From positions 119,414,001 to 119,478,000 of the forward strand of contig NC_087436.1 in assembly GCF_036321535.1 (NCBI RefSeq): a DNA stretch of 64,000 nucleotides, in the 5' to 3' direction. This DNA is from Camelus dromedarius (lineage: Eukaryota). Shown here piece after piece: positions 49,991 through 62,730 of this stretch; position 1 is the stretch's first letter, and each line of letters begins with the position of its first letter. The translations under genes were made by a program, and so were the position numbers. The notes under the pieces were generated by a model, which was not told where the DNA came from, made no database searches, and worked only from the letters and a program-made list of their open reading frames with translations.

Positions 49991-52900
49991 CTCTGCTGAT
50001 GGCTCCTGCACACACCCCACTCTGATGGCTTGTGTGATATCTCAGTTCATGTCGGCCCCAGGAATAGTTCACACAATCCGCAGTCCCAGACGAGGAGCGT
50101 GAGGCCAAGATGACACTCGCCGCTGGTCAGTGGAGGGCCCCTCTTAGCCTCTGACGCTGCTCTCAGCCAGAAACAGATGAAAGGAGCTTCTCTACCACCT
50201 CCCACCTCGCGGTTTTCTTGGTGCACATAAGTGCTCAAGCCACCAGTGCTGGGAACATTGGGGCTCAGACTTGGGGGCCTCTCACCAGGAAGGCTGCGAG
50301 TCTGCCTGAGCCCCGTTTGCCGGAACAAGGGTGGCCAAGTGTGATGGAGCAGTAAGTAAGCCCATGGCCTCTGGGTCATCTTTGCCTTTGTCTTTCATAT
50401 TCCTCCCCCGATACATTCGCAGCTTCTTTGCTCTTTGTAGGAGAAGGTTGGGAGTGGGATGGGAACATGTTTGCGCTCTCCTGTTACCCACTTGCTGGCT
50501 CTGGGCTCCTCCGGAGCATGGCAGCCAGCCATTCTTCCTTTGCAGTGGGAGGCAGTCGGGCCATGTCTATTGGAGCCGACTCCACTGGTCCTCCCACTCT
50601 GGATAGGGGCCTGGGTGTGAGTCCCCGCTGGATGACCTTGGGAACTTACCTAACCTCGAGACCATTTGCCTTGGGACCTGCCTCTGTTTCTGGCTTGGCC
50701 TCTGAAGCGCAGGGTGGGCAGGTGCTTGCTCTGCTGAGCTGTTGAGTAACCCACGTGGGCTGAAATCAGGTGCCCCCCAGGTGCAGCTCTGCAGGTAGCC
50801 TTGCTCAGGGATCCTCTCAGGGTTCGCACTTGTCACAGAAGCACAATGATTGTGCTTAAGCAGCCTAATAAACATCTGTTTCCACTTCTCTCTTCCAAAA
50901 CGCTTTCTGTTTGTGTGTTAGTGGTTCAGTCACGGAACATTTTCATTTTCTCTACAGCTTTTTGCTGGTTAAGACGCTTTCACCGAGCTCCCTAAACTCT
51001 AGTGTCTCTTGATAACTTGTAGAAAAACCAGACACTGTTTCAGGGTTTGATGAAGCCTTTCTGATGTGAAGGATGGGAATGGGAGTAATGCAAAAACAGT
51101 TCATTTTTTATTGTCAGGAATTCCTAATTTAGCAATGGCTTTTTAACTTTTTTCAATAAGTGATAGATACATTTTCACGGTTCAGAATCCAAAGAGCACA
51201 AAAGAGTATATGATGAAAAATTTCCTTTCTATCGTGTGCCTTTTGCCCCCCAATAATCCGTCTCAGAGGCAGTGAATGCTTCAGTGTATATCTTCTTCCA
51301 GAGACAGTTTGTACGCATACCAGCAGGTACAGATGCAGGGATTACATGGCCTGCCTTAGATTAATATGTACCTTGCCTTTTTCCTTTAAAAATAGACAGT
51401 TCATAGTCTTTCAGAAAGTGCCCCCAACCCTTTAAGGTTGCATATGAATAGATCATGAATCCTTGGGTTGTTTCAGTCTTTTTGTGACACTTCGCGTTGT
51501 TGAAGCCAGTATTTCATTTCAACATGATAACGTACGCATTTCAAGTGTTCAGCGGCCGCGTGTGGCCGGTGGCCCCAGTGCTGGCCAACACAGGGCCCAG
51601 CGTTTTGTCAGGAGGTGAGGGGTGTTCACGTCCCCAGGTCTTGCTTTCCCCACTCACACTCGGCCCCCTTTTGCCTCTCTCCCCATCAGTCTTCTCTGTA
51701 CCCCCTGTTGTGGGGCACACTGGATGTGCCTCTGGGAGTGAGGATCCTGGTGACTTAGAGTGTGGAGGAGGCCAAGAGAAGGGAAGTTTTGGTGACAGTC
51801 TGTACAAGGTCACACTTGACTGTTCTTTGTGAGGACTGTTTTGTCTGTTTTGTTAGTTAAATGGGTCAATGATCTATCTTGCCTCCAAAACCGATAATGC
51901 TAGTTTCTTGTGGCCTGGCATCCGCCGAGCGTGTGCGAGTCCAGCCTCTTGGGGGAGCTGCAGGCAGGACCTGACACACCGTTATTTTTCACCTTCCTTT
52001 GTCATTGGCGTCCCATATCTTCAACTCTAAGTTGTGACCTACTGAGACAAGAATAAATATTTCACCCGCCGTGGGATAAGTGCCACTGTGAGACCCTGAC
52101 TCCTTTCGCTCCAGGCTCTTTTGCCTTCTTCAGGCTTTTTGGGGTGAGGCTTTTCCCTTCTATTGGGTGTGGCTTAACATTGACAGCCCCCAGAGTGTAT
52201 TTCCTGAGGCCTCTGCAGCATTACTGTAAGATCCCTCACTTGGGCGTTATCAATAGGTCTCTGGTGGGGCTGGCACCGACTCGTGTCACTGTCCTTCAGC
52301 CCACGGTTCTTGAAAGCCCTGCTTTCCATTGCAGGATGCTGGCTCAGCTGAGGGCGGTTGCACTTGGGGACAGTCACTCCCAGCTCTCTAGCGCTCAGTC
52401 CCTGCGGGGAGTGTCTGTGGGCCAGGTGTGTGCGCAGGTCCCCGCACTCAGTGTGTAAGGACCAGCGCCTTGTTCAATCCTCATGGCTCCCCTGGGAGGC
52501 AGGCACTCCTGGCTCCTCTTTCAAGGGAACTTCGAGGGCAGAGGGAACAGCATGTGAGACAGTGCCACGAGCAGGTGGAAGCCGTTGAAGGGATATTTGG
52601 GGGCAGGGCTGGTGTGACCCACCTATGCTTTCAGGACATGGCCCTGACCTCCTTGTGTCCTCTGTGCGAAGAGACGGCCTTAGCATCAGGGTAGAAGCCG
52701 TTGGAGTTTTGCAGGGGCCCAGGGCTTGTTGGATCACGGAGCTGTGTCTGAGGGACAGCTGAAGAAAGGTGGGGCCAGCACGTGCGGGTGCACCGGGCCG
52801 TCCGTGCACTGGAATGTGTGTAGGTCCTTACAGAGGCGAGGAGGAGGGGCGGGAGTGGGGCCGGACTGTGGCCGTATGGGGCGAGAGGTTTGGGGTTAAC

Positions 52901-55644
52901 CTGAGAAGAGACTGAAGGTTTCTGAGCATGTAGGTCTGCCTTTTTTTGTTGTTCACTATAGTTGAGACCCTCAGAGAATATTCATTGAGTGACGAGGCCC
53001 GGTGGGTTGTTGAGGGAGCCTCCAGGAGGTGCTTCTGGGGCAGGACTCATGGAGGCTTAGACACCAGAATTAGCCCCTCAGGAGAAGTGGCTGCCACCTG
53101 CCGTCTGTCTTCGAAAGAGTCTTGAGGTGCTTCCCCTGCAGTCGTCACACACACATCCCTCCCCAGCTAAGGAAGGTGGATCTGAGTGGATTTGAGTGGA
53201 TTTGAGTGGGCACCATGGAAGAAAGGCTAGTCCAGAGTTAAGCCATGCCCTCCCAGTTGGGGTGTCTGGGGGTGAGGGTTCCGGGGTGGCGTGTGTGTGC
53301 CTGTGTGCAGGGCAGGATCCATCATTCAGAGTCCTGGTGGCTCTCGGGGAACCTTGATGTGGACCATTTTGGTACGACTGTCCTTGTGGCCTGTGGATTG
53401 GAGTGGGACACATCCAGACACGGCATTGATTACTTATTAGCCCTTGGTGGTTGGGTTCCCCTCCAGTGCAGGTGAGAGTATCCTCCATCTCAGTGTTTTC
53501 CTCTTCCGTCAGGGACTGAATTGAGGTCAACAGCTGAGGTCCCTAACGCTGCCACTAGAGGAAGTGTCTGTTCTCCATATAACAAAGGATTCTAGCCCTC
53601 CCACCCAAGGGCCTTTTACTGGGGATGCAGAACAAAGGGGTCCTGATGACTGCTTCTCACCCCAACTTGCAGGAGTTCTCAGGCACCTCACTCACCCCTG
53701 CTGGCTGCCTCCCCCCAGGAGGGGTCGGGCCAGGGAAGCAGGTTGTGGTGTTCTGCTCTGCCGCCTACCCCACCCCCCAGCTCTCACCTTCCATTGCCTC
53801 TTTCCAGGGGAATTCCTACCCCTGCTCAGAGGTTACCTCGGTTTAATTCTCAGTGCTGGGACTTGATTTGTCCAGATATGTCCCTCTTGCCTTGAGCCTG
53901 CGTCGATACACATGTGTGTGCCCCACCCTTGGAGGCAGCCCACTCCCACTGGCCTTGGGGTATAGTGGGGGGTCCCATCCTGCCTCCTTGTCACCAGGCT
54001 GTTGCCTCTCTCGCAGACGCATCCAGTGGCTGCTCCATTTGCCAGCAGACACATGTTGAGTGACCTGCTGCCTGCTGGATAGAATTCTGGAATGCAGGGG
54101 TGACTCTGCCTTGCCCTTTGGGCCACCCTACCCAAGGGGAAAGGTGTGTGGAGAGGGGAGGAGACAGAGCACATCCAACAGGCACAAAATAACTCCTGAG
54201 TGTTCTAGAAACAACTGGTCTGGGAGCCTAAGCCTGGAGGCCGGGCTGGTGGCAGCCCGTCAGGGAAGGCTTTGCAGAGTAACCCCAGAGTTTAGTGCGG
54301 ACTTGTTAAGCTGGTGGTGGGACAGGTAAGTATGAAATAGTTAATACAATAGGAAGCTTGACTCACGTAGCCCCCGTGTTCTACCAGAGGTGGTGGCTGT
54401 GACCACTGCCTTCCCCAGGGCACGAGAACTCTCTTAGGCATCTGAGGGGCCAGGCTTGGGCTAACACTGTGGTCACAAAGCTCATGAAGAGACAGCCCAG
54501 GCAGTCCACAGACGTGTCTTCCCTCGGGCCCTCCTGGCCGGGGGAGGAGCGGTACCACTTTCAGAGATCTGGTCAGGAAGACAGCACAGGTCCCTGTTAA
54601 AGGGATGGGTCGGGCTGTGCTCTCATGGCATCTGGCCCCTAGTGGGGTTGGGTCCTGTGATGGGCAGAGGAGGGTCCTTGGCTCTGCTTGCCCCCTGGGC
54701 CCAGCACCCAGCTCCATGCCTGGCTCCCCGCAACCCTCCACCTGAAAGGGGAGCCAGGGGCCGGAACCTTTCTCTGGCTGGGCTCCCTGCTCCCTGTGCC
54801 GACACCAGAGCTGCCAGTGACACGGCAGCTGAAACTAGGGAGGAATTCCTTTCAGCTCAGAGCTCCTGGTGCTTGTAGTGACTTCAGCTTCTTACCCACA
54901 AAAAATAGAATATCCAGAGATACCTTTTACAAACCTTTCGGAAGTCAATGGCCTATCATGTATAGCTTAAGCTCTTAAACTAAAAATAATTATGCAACTT
55001 TGGTTTTTGATAAACTTTGTCTGCACTACATTTGTATGAAATTACGAAGCCTTAGCAGTGGACGGAGACACCAAGGTTTCTGTTCCTCTTGGTTCACCTC
55101 CTGCTGGCCCCAGCTCAGAGACAGCACCACCGTTTACGCTCAGGCGCCCAGACTTCTTCTGAGTTTCCCCACACCTGGTGGCTTCTGTGTGGTTCTCTAC
55201 TGCTACCCCTCTAACCCCTCAGCAACTCCCGACCCCCAGAGTAAGGCCAGGGTTCTTTGGGAGGTGTCCCCCTCATTCCTGGCCCCTCCCCTCCTTAGGT
55301 GCATTTGGTTTCCTCACCTTTTGTCCCTTGCACCCAGTTTGGTTCCTCAGAGGCACCTCCTCTTTAGCAAAATGTGAACCATTAGTGAACGCAAGTTCTG
55401 CGTGCCCAAGTTCTTAGAATCCTTCTGGGTGCCCGAGGTTTTAGCCCGGTTTTAATTGCATTAGTCTTTGACCACTGGCCAAATCTTGGATGCTAAACAG
55501 GTTGGGCCTGGGGACACCTCAAAATTCACTTCTTACAAATGTAAATAGAAATTGCCTTGGGGCATGGAACCACTTCTGAAATGGATTCCGTTAAAACCAC
55601 AACAGACAAGCAAGGACGAATACCAAGAAACCTTTTTTGAAAGT

Positions 55645-57170
55645 TTTTATAATTTTATTTTGAAATAATTTCAAACTTAATGAGACACTGCAAGGAAAAT
55701 GTGAGGAACTCCCATATAACCTTTACCCAGATTCACTAGCTTTTGACATTTTACTCCATTTGCTTTATTCATTCTGAGTGTGGTGTATATTCTGTATAAG
55801 TGTATAAGAATTTTTTGGAAGCATTAGAAGAATCACTTGGAGCTATGATGCCCCTTTCCCCTAAAAATATCAGTATATTTCCCAAGAACAAGAGCATTCT
55901 GTTGTTATTAAGCTCAGGAAACTTGATAACTAACCCAATGCTGTTCTACACCACCGTCTATGTTCAAATTGCATCAGTTGGTCCAACGTCTGGTCTTTAT
56001 ACCTTTTCCCCCCGTGGTCCGGGATGTGATACAAGATCCACCCATTGCATTTAATCACTAGGTCTCTTTAGTCTCTTTTTAATCTGGAAAATTCTTCACC
56101 TTTCTTTGTCCACTGGGGGAAAAAAAAAGCACAACCTAGAAGTTGAGAATTATGTTTTACTAGAGGACATTACTTAGGACCGTAGCCCAGGAAGGCAGCC
56201 TCTGGATAGCTCTGAGGGACTGTTCCAAAGAGATAAGGGAGGAGCCAGGATATGTAGGAGTTTTTGCTGAAAAAGAAAACCAAAATGGAAAAAAAAACCT
56301 ATGTAGTTGAACATCAAAAGACTACTGCTAATCACAAAAAATCAGACATCTCAAGTTAATGGTTTTCGTTCTTCTCTATGTATGGCAAGACTCAGGAGTC
56401 TTGTTAGATTGAAATTATTCCTTTAATAGGAATCTAGGGCCAGTATCCCGGTTTCTTCCATCCTGAGTGCCCTCAGGGCGCACTGTCGGGTTGGCTGCAG
56501 TGGCTGAGAGGTGGTGGCAGCATTCCTTGTTTACCGGAATGGCAGGCAACATTTTTTTGTCCACCTGTGTCACTGACATTTTTAGAGTCAGAGTCATTGT
56601 TTCATAGGCTATCCCCCAGACTGGGTGTGTCTGTGTTTCCTCAGGGTTAGATTTGGCGATGCATTTTTGGTAACACTATGGACATGGTTTGTGGTTCCCA
56701 GCCTCAGAGCAGGCCACACGTGCTGTCCGACCTGACACTGCGGATGCCAGCTCCGATTGCTTGGCTAGGGAGGTTTCTCCACTGTAATGTCATCTGTTTT
56801 TTGCCTTTGGAATTAACGAGAAACTTGTGGGAGAGACTTTCAAACTATGCAAAAATCGTTTTCTTCATCTACCTTTCCCCCACGTGCTTTATTAATTCCT
56901 AACTCCATCAGTCTTTCTTACTAGGGTGTATTCTAAGAGTTTTCCTTCCTCCCTCTTTTGTGAATTTGTTTTTATCCACATCCATTTGGGCTCATGGATT
57001 TCTGTCTTACTTAATGGTTATAATCCCCTGTTCTGATTACTTATTTTGATGATTGCATTGTTTCAGATTTAGCCAGGGAGAGCCCTTTCCATCTGGCTGC
57101 TTGTCCCCGTATTACTTTGAGCACTTTCTCTCTAGCACACAAGACGCTTCATGCTCATCTTACACTTTTC
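55645..57170 (-). mobile_element. L1MC4-like 3' end interrupted by an LTR
   Basis: ttttattttgaaataatttcaaactt...ctcccatataacctttacccagattcac...; the L1 sequence resumes as tcactgacatttttagag after the LTR. Confidence 0.75.
56107..56565 (-). mobile_element. ERV-type solo LTR (copy 2), same family as 38923-39394
   Basis: Shares aagttgagaatta, gatagctctgaggg, agggaggagccaggata, actgctaatcacaaaaaa and gcagcattccttgtttac with copy 1, in the same order. Confidence 0.8.
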
Positions 57171-57191
57171 AGTGAGCCCTAGAAACCTTTT

Positions 57192-57340
57192 TTTTTTCCT
57201 TTCGTTGGTTTTTTTTTTTAGCAGGGGAGGTAATTGGGTTTATTTGTTAATTTATTTTTTAAATGGAGGTACTGGGGATTGAACCCAGGACCTTGTACAT
57301 GCTAAGCACCCATTCTACCGCCGAGCTATACCCTCCTCCA
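57192..57340 (-). mobile_element. Vic-1-type camelid SINE with an 11-bp TSD
   Basis: ggggaggtaattgggtttatttg...aatggaggtactggggattgaacccaggaccttgtacatgctaagcacccattctaccgccgagctataccc. AGAAACCTTTT at 57181-57191 and 57341-57351. Confidence 0.92.
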
Positions 57341-57629
57341 AGAAACCTTTTGTATTTAATGAATGTACCAATACAATGCATTCCAAAACATAGTTTATTT
57401 GTAGTGCCACTTGGGACTTATTACTGTTATTTGGGACGTTTCTTTACATGTTGTTGGGAGAGAAGGCCTTGTGGCTTCCTTTTTACATAGAGTTTCTGTG
57501 ATACATTAATAATATAGATTTACCTTGTAGATAATTTGAACTAAGCTGGAGGTTAAGTGCTAAAGCAACCGTTATCCTTTAAGCACTGATTGTGTACCTG
57601 TAATTTTAATTTGTATAATCATCCTTGTT

Positions 57630-57745
57630 AAACATAGGGAAACCGAGCCTCAGAGAGGTTAATATACTGGTCAGAGTCACACAGCTAGAAAATGATTGAG
57701 ACAGGGTTTCAATTCAGTTTGTTCTGACTTAAAAGCTCACTTTTT
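57630..57745 (-). mobile_element. MIR SINE
   Basis: ggaaaccgagcctcagagaggttaatatactggtcagagtcacacagctag. Confidence 0.75.
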
Positions 57746-58031
57746 CAGATATACTTTGCTATGTTAAAAGACATTTCCTTACTCTAAATTACAGAATTTG
57801 TACATGAAATCATTGAGTAACAAAAAGCTTACTTATTGTGATTCAAGGTCTGTTCACCTGCTTTTAATTCTGTGTCTATGTGAAAACCAGAGCTGAAGAG
57901 TTAAAGTCTGTGGCTCATTACATTGTTCTCTCAAAGGGAAGTCTACTTGTTTTCGTTAGAGAGTGATTTGGCTGTCCTAGGGTTTCTGTGAATGCCCAGA
58001 AATTCCCTAACCCTTTATTTTCTTCCTATAG

Positions 58032-58152
58032 GAATTTGCTTGCTAGAAAACAAAATGCAAGACTTGACAAACACAATGACTTGGGATGGAAGTTATTTGG
58101 AAAAGCACCACTCCGAGAGAACGCTCAGAAAGATTCAAAGAAAATACAAAAG
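58032..58152 (+). CDS. TBC1D14: TBC1D14 second coding exon (121 nt; (R)NLLARKQNARLDKHNDLGWKLFGKAPLRENAQKDSKKIQK)
   Basis: Acceptor ttttcttcctatAG ends at 58031; donor AAG|GTATGC at 58152/58153. The phase-2 junction AG|G (Arg) fits the upstream exon, and the peptide continues the TBC1D14 sequence. Confidence 0.96.
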
Positions 58153-60549
58153 GTATGCAAGATGCAAAAACACAGAAATATGCTGTAGAGCATATATTTA
58201 TGAACTGCAAAAATGACCGTTACTGAGGCTTTGAAACTGGAAAACTTTATTTTAACTTGCATACTAAGTACTTAAAATTTAAATCTGTCTTCAGAATGTG
58301 GATGATTGGAACTTTTTTCATTTCTTATAACTTGTAACATGCACATAGGAAAGCTCAGTCCAGAAGAGCTGGGCTTTAGATATTTATAAATTGAATTTAA
58401 TCAGTTTTTTTTTTTTGGTTAAGAGTTGCAAATGTGTTTATCATCAAATTTTTATTAATTGTGTGTGACATTAAAGAATTCTCCCTCTCTGATCCCATGA
58501 GTTTCTTGGGACTTAATCCTTCCAGGGCTGCCTGGGACCAGGATGGCTAGGGCCATTGATACCCAGGCTTCCCTTTGCTGGCCGAAGCTGCCCACATGTC
58601 TCGGGGGGAGAGGACGGGGCTCAGGGCCAGGCCAGGCCTGTGTTATCTCATCACCACTGGGCTACTTTGCTCCCCGTGGAGGCAGTGATGCCAGCCCCTG
58701 GAGGCCTGTGCGCGTCTTGTCAGGGAGGGGGCTCAGCACAGACACCGCAAGGCCAGGGGGTGTCTGTGGCCTCAGCAGCCCTGACTGTTACCACCTGCAC
58801 CTTCCGCTCGGCCCTGAGTCCCAGCCATCCTCACAGTCTTCTGTTTGCCTGGTGCTGTGACATTGCCCCCCAGCAGCCTCACCCTCCAAGCCTCAGACGA
58901 TTGTTCAGTGAACACATGTAAGTGCCAGACCTCGTGCTTGGCCCTGGGGTTAAAGGAGTGACTTGGCACCCAGGCTCCAGAGCAGCCCTCTGGTGAGGAA
59001 ATGATCCCAGCGCAGGTGTTGAAAGGGCGCTTTGGGCCTGCTGGGCAAGGCAGCCCGGAAGACTGAGTTTAAAGGTGTGACAGAGAATTAATAATAGTGG
59101 GGATCATGTAGTGAGTGATGACTGTGTACTAGTGTTAAATGAGTCAGCATTTGGGTTTCTAGTTCATTTAAAACCTACAGCAGCCTTATGAAGAGGATAC
59201 TGTTATTGTCTTCATTTTACCAAAGACGCACTGAGACCCAGACTGAGCGACTTATGCAGCTCGGAAGGCCCTCCCTGCTCCACTGCCTCTCTGTTGGAAG
59301 GGATGGGCAGGTGATGGGGGGCCTGTGCAAAGGGGCTGTGTGCAGCGTGAGCCCAGAGAGCAGTGAGAGGGGGCCTGTGATGTGATGCAGTGTGCCCAGA
59401 ACCTGTCTCTAACTGAAGTCTCTGGGGAGCCCCCAAAGGGTTTTGCTTGGGTAGGGAGTGATGAGGTGTACCTGGCAAAAATGTGGCTCTTGGACTAGTC
59501 CAGGTGAAAGAAAGTGGGGTCTGGCTCAGTGCTGTGGTAGTTGTGGGGTTGCAGAGTGTTGCAGCCCCTTTGAGTATTAAGCATGTTAGATACGGGGGTG
59601 CAGGGCGTGGGGCAAGGCCTTGAGTACACGCTGGGCTCTGATTCGGACAACATGGGGGATTTGCACAGATTTCATTTTTTATGTCTTTGCAGATTAAATA
59701 TGTTTTGAATGTTGTTTGATGTTCCTTATAGTAGTTGTCTGCACCCAGGATCCTTGCAAAGTAAATCAGTGTTGAAATTCACTTTTATCGTTTGTTACAT
59801 TTTGAATTTGAATCACTTTTTGTGTAGACTTATTAAAATAGCATACAGTTAAAATATGATGAGTTTGTATGTGGAGCTCAGCTATAAATTTCTTAGGAAA
59901 CTCAGAAGCTAAGCTGTTATAAAAATTTTAAAGAAATCAACACTTTTCAGAAAAGTAAACATTTTACTAAATAGATTTTCCCATGACTCTTAATGTCACT
60001 AGCATCATGTTTGAATTTCTTTGTTATCTTTGTGGTACCCTATTTTTTTTAAGGTGAACACGGATTATGTTCTTGAACTTAAAGGAGTTTTGTGAAATGA
60101 AGTGACTAGGTCAGCTAATTATGTGGTAACACATTACTGCAAAGAACAGGACCATCTGGCTTCAACCGTCAATACTGAAGGATGTAATTGTACCTGCATG
60201 TGTCATCCAGTCCTGCCTGTGTCCTGTTTGCTTGTGCTGTGTGTCTCTGGACCTCTCATCTCTCATCCTATCCTCCCCACCCAAGCTGGCAAGGCCCAAG
60301 AGGGGTCCAGAGCCAGGGACCTGCCCCTATGAGGAGGTACTGTGCACCAGGCTCGAGCTGGGGTCACAGGTGTCAGTTCACACAGCCTCCCTCCTCACTT
60401 TCGAGAGCCCATCGCTAGGGCCAGAGTGTCTGGACTTGTGATCCCAAATGGTGAAATAACTCTAGAACTAAAGCATCATTAAGATACTTAGTAAACCCCA
60501 ATTCCTTTTCCTTTTCTCTTTGGAAATGTTTTTTATTACTTGAGAGAAG

Positions 60550-60760
60550 TAGCATCACATAGTGATTTTAAAGCATAGACTTTGGAGTCAGACTGACTGG
60601 GTTTGGGTCCCAGCTCTGCTACGTTTTGGCTCTGTGACTTTGGGCAAGTTCCTTAACCTTTCTGAACTTCATTTTCCTGCTCTTTAACATTTGGGGAATA
60701 ATAACACCTACCTGCAAGGTGGTGAGGACTAAGTGAGTGAGTATACACCAGGGGTTCAGA
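60550..60760 (+). mobile_element. MIR SINE, near full length
   Basis: catagactttggagtcagactgactgggtttgggtcccagctctgctac...gggcaagttccttaacc...ataataacacctacc. Confidence 0.88.
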
Positions 60761-61529
60761 ACAGTATTGAATGTCATGAGGGTTGGAAAGGGGTTGCTGT
60801 TATTATTGTCTCCTGTGAACAAGTAATGGAACACAGTGGAGGGAATGGACCTGAGCCCTACATAGAGCCCCTCATTTGCTTGTTCCACAAACACTGTGCC
60901 ATGTTGGGGCCAGGTCTTGTACTGGGCACCAGAAAAGCAAAAGTGGTTTCGGGGGGCACGCCTCAAGGAGCCCATGGTTGAGCAGAGGGTCCAAGTATGC
61001 ACATCAGCAGAGATCTTTGGACTTGCAGGCTTGGGTGTGATTTCCAGCTTCACCTCTTCTTGTTTAAGTGTAAGACCTTAGGCCAGTGATTTCTCAATTT
61101 CCTCATCTGCAAAATGGGCTTTCTGATTCCTACTCACTGGATTGTTATAAATTAAGAGATAATGAATATGAGTATTTTTGCCCAATGCTTAGCACAGTGT
61201 GTGGCCCAGAGTGAGTACTCAGGGCGTGGCTGTCATGACTGTTTATTGATCAATAGACCCGGTAAGTGGATGAGGCGCTGTATGTAGTTTGCCCAGGGCG
61301 ATCGAGGGCACATCTGACTTCACTCTAGTGGGGCCACATTCTCTCAGTTTGGGCCTTCTTTTTTGGCTGCCATTTTTAAGTAAATGTTGAAATGTTACTT
61401 ACAGTTATCTTTTCAAATTTCATAAGAATTTTGAAATGTAAGTAATTTTCTGTCAGCTTACATTGTGCTTTCAGTGAGATTTTCTTTCTAGGAGAAACAA
61501 AAATGACCAAGAATAACTATCGGAATCAT

Positions 61530-61710
61530 CGGTAGTTCTCAGATTGTGGGCCCCAGGCTAACATCCTCACCTGGGCGCTTGTTAGACACACACGCTCTCA
61601 GGCCCCTCCCCCAGACACGCTGAAACAAACCCTGGTGCTGACGCACAAGTTGTATCATAACAGATGCTCCAGGCGATTCTAACGCACACTCAGATTTAAC
61701 AACCACCGCC
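61530..61710. mobile_element. MER5A relic
   Basis: gtagttctcagattgtgggcccc...cacctgggcgcttgttagacacacacgctctcaggccc...ctccaggcgattctaacgcacactcagattta. Confidence 0.75.
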
Positions 61711-62279
61711 ACACAGGAAGGAATGTTGGCTATTGGGAGGGAAATAGCCATTTACGCCTGTAGAAAATTAAATAAAGGGCCCACAGTACACCACATATAC
61801 ATTTTGGCAGTTGCTGGTGAACTGGAGGAGCTCTTGAGAATAAGGATGGGGAGCATGGATTTGAAGAGAGGCGCCTTCAGGTCTCCTGTCCTCAGGCTTG
61901 TATGACCAGGGCTCTGGCCAGATGGGCGCTGATGATGATGCTGTCTCAGAAGTACAGTCCTTTACCTTGTGAATGAAGAGGAACCATGGTCCTCCCCTGG
62001 GTTCTGCAAATTTGGGCCGCTGAGTGGAGGCATCCCAGGATTGTAATGAAGGGCAAGACTTATTTGGCCCCTGCCTTCATTGCAACTTCCCCGGAAAAGA
62101 CAGATTTGAACCAGCAACGCTATAGATAACTGTAGCTGTCGTGCATGTTGCAGTGGAAAAGTAGGGTACACACAGCCACCCTGAGACATTTTTGTGCCAC
62201 TGAGCACGTTTCTCTGAAGCTGGTTTTTCAGGTGACTGCCAGTTGCCAGGTTCAATGGTTATTTCCCAGCCCTTGTCCA

Positions 62280-62730
62280 CTTCTCCTCTGCTCCTTGGGA
62301 GCCTTTCTTACCTTGGCCTCCAGGTCACTACGCGCTTCCTCCTTTTCAGTTTCTGTTACTGGGTGCCCTTAGCTTCCCAGCCCTGTGAACACCAGCATGC
62401 CTCCTGGGAAATTCTCTGTCTGTAGTTGCCCTCTGGGGAGTCTCTGCTGGACTCTGGCTTTAAATGACAACCAGCCAGGCCTCAGCCCTGAACTCCAGAT
62501 GCAGGCATCCAGCCTACGGGACAGCTCCACCTGGACGTCTGACAGGCGTTTCCTGTTTAACAAGCACTGAGCTAAACTGATTTGCTTTTTCGCACTCTGT
62601 GAGACCCTTTCCCTATGCAGCTATCCCCATTTTGGTAAATCACAGCCATAGTCGTCTTTTTTTAGGTCTAAAACTTTAGCATCGTCCTTCACTTCTCTTT
62701 TCTCACACCCCTCTTCCAGTCTGACAGGTG
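62280..62730 (+). mobile_element. L2 internal fragment
   Basis: ctcagccctgaactccagatgc...ctccacctggacgtctgacaggc...aaactttagcatcgtccttcacttctctttctcacaccc. Confidence 0.65.

Noticed and set aside
53183..53209. Short local duplications (TGAGTGGATT x2.7; also CTACTCTAGAC x2 near 49096)
   Set aside because: Ordinary slippage duplications with no sign of function.
57262..57335. tRNA gene
   Set aside because: The A/B-box-like head belongs to a Vic-1 SINE with a tail and TSD; it is not an intact tRNA.
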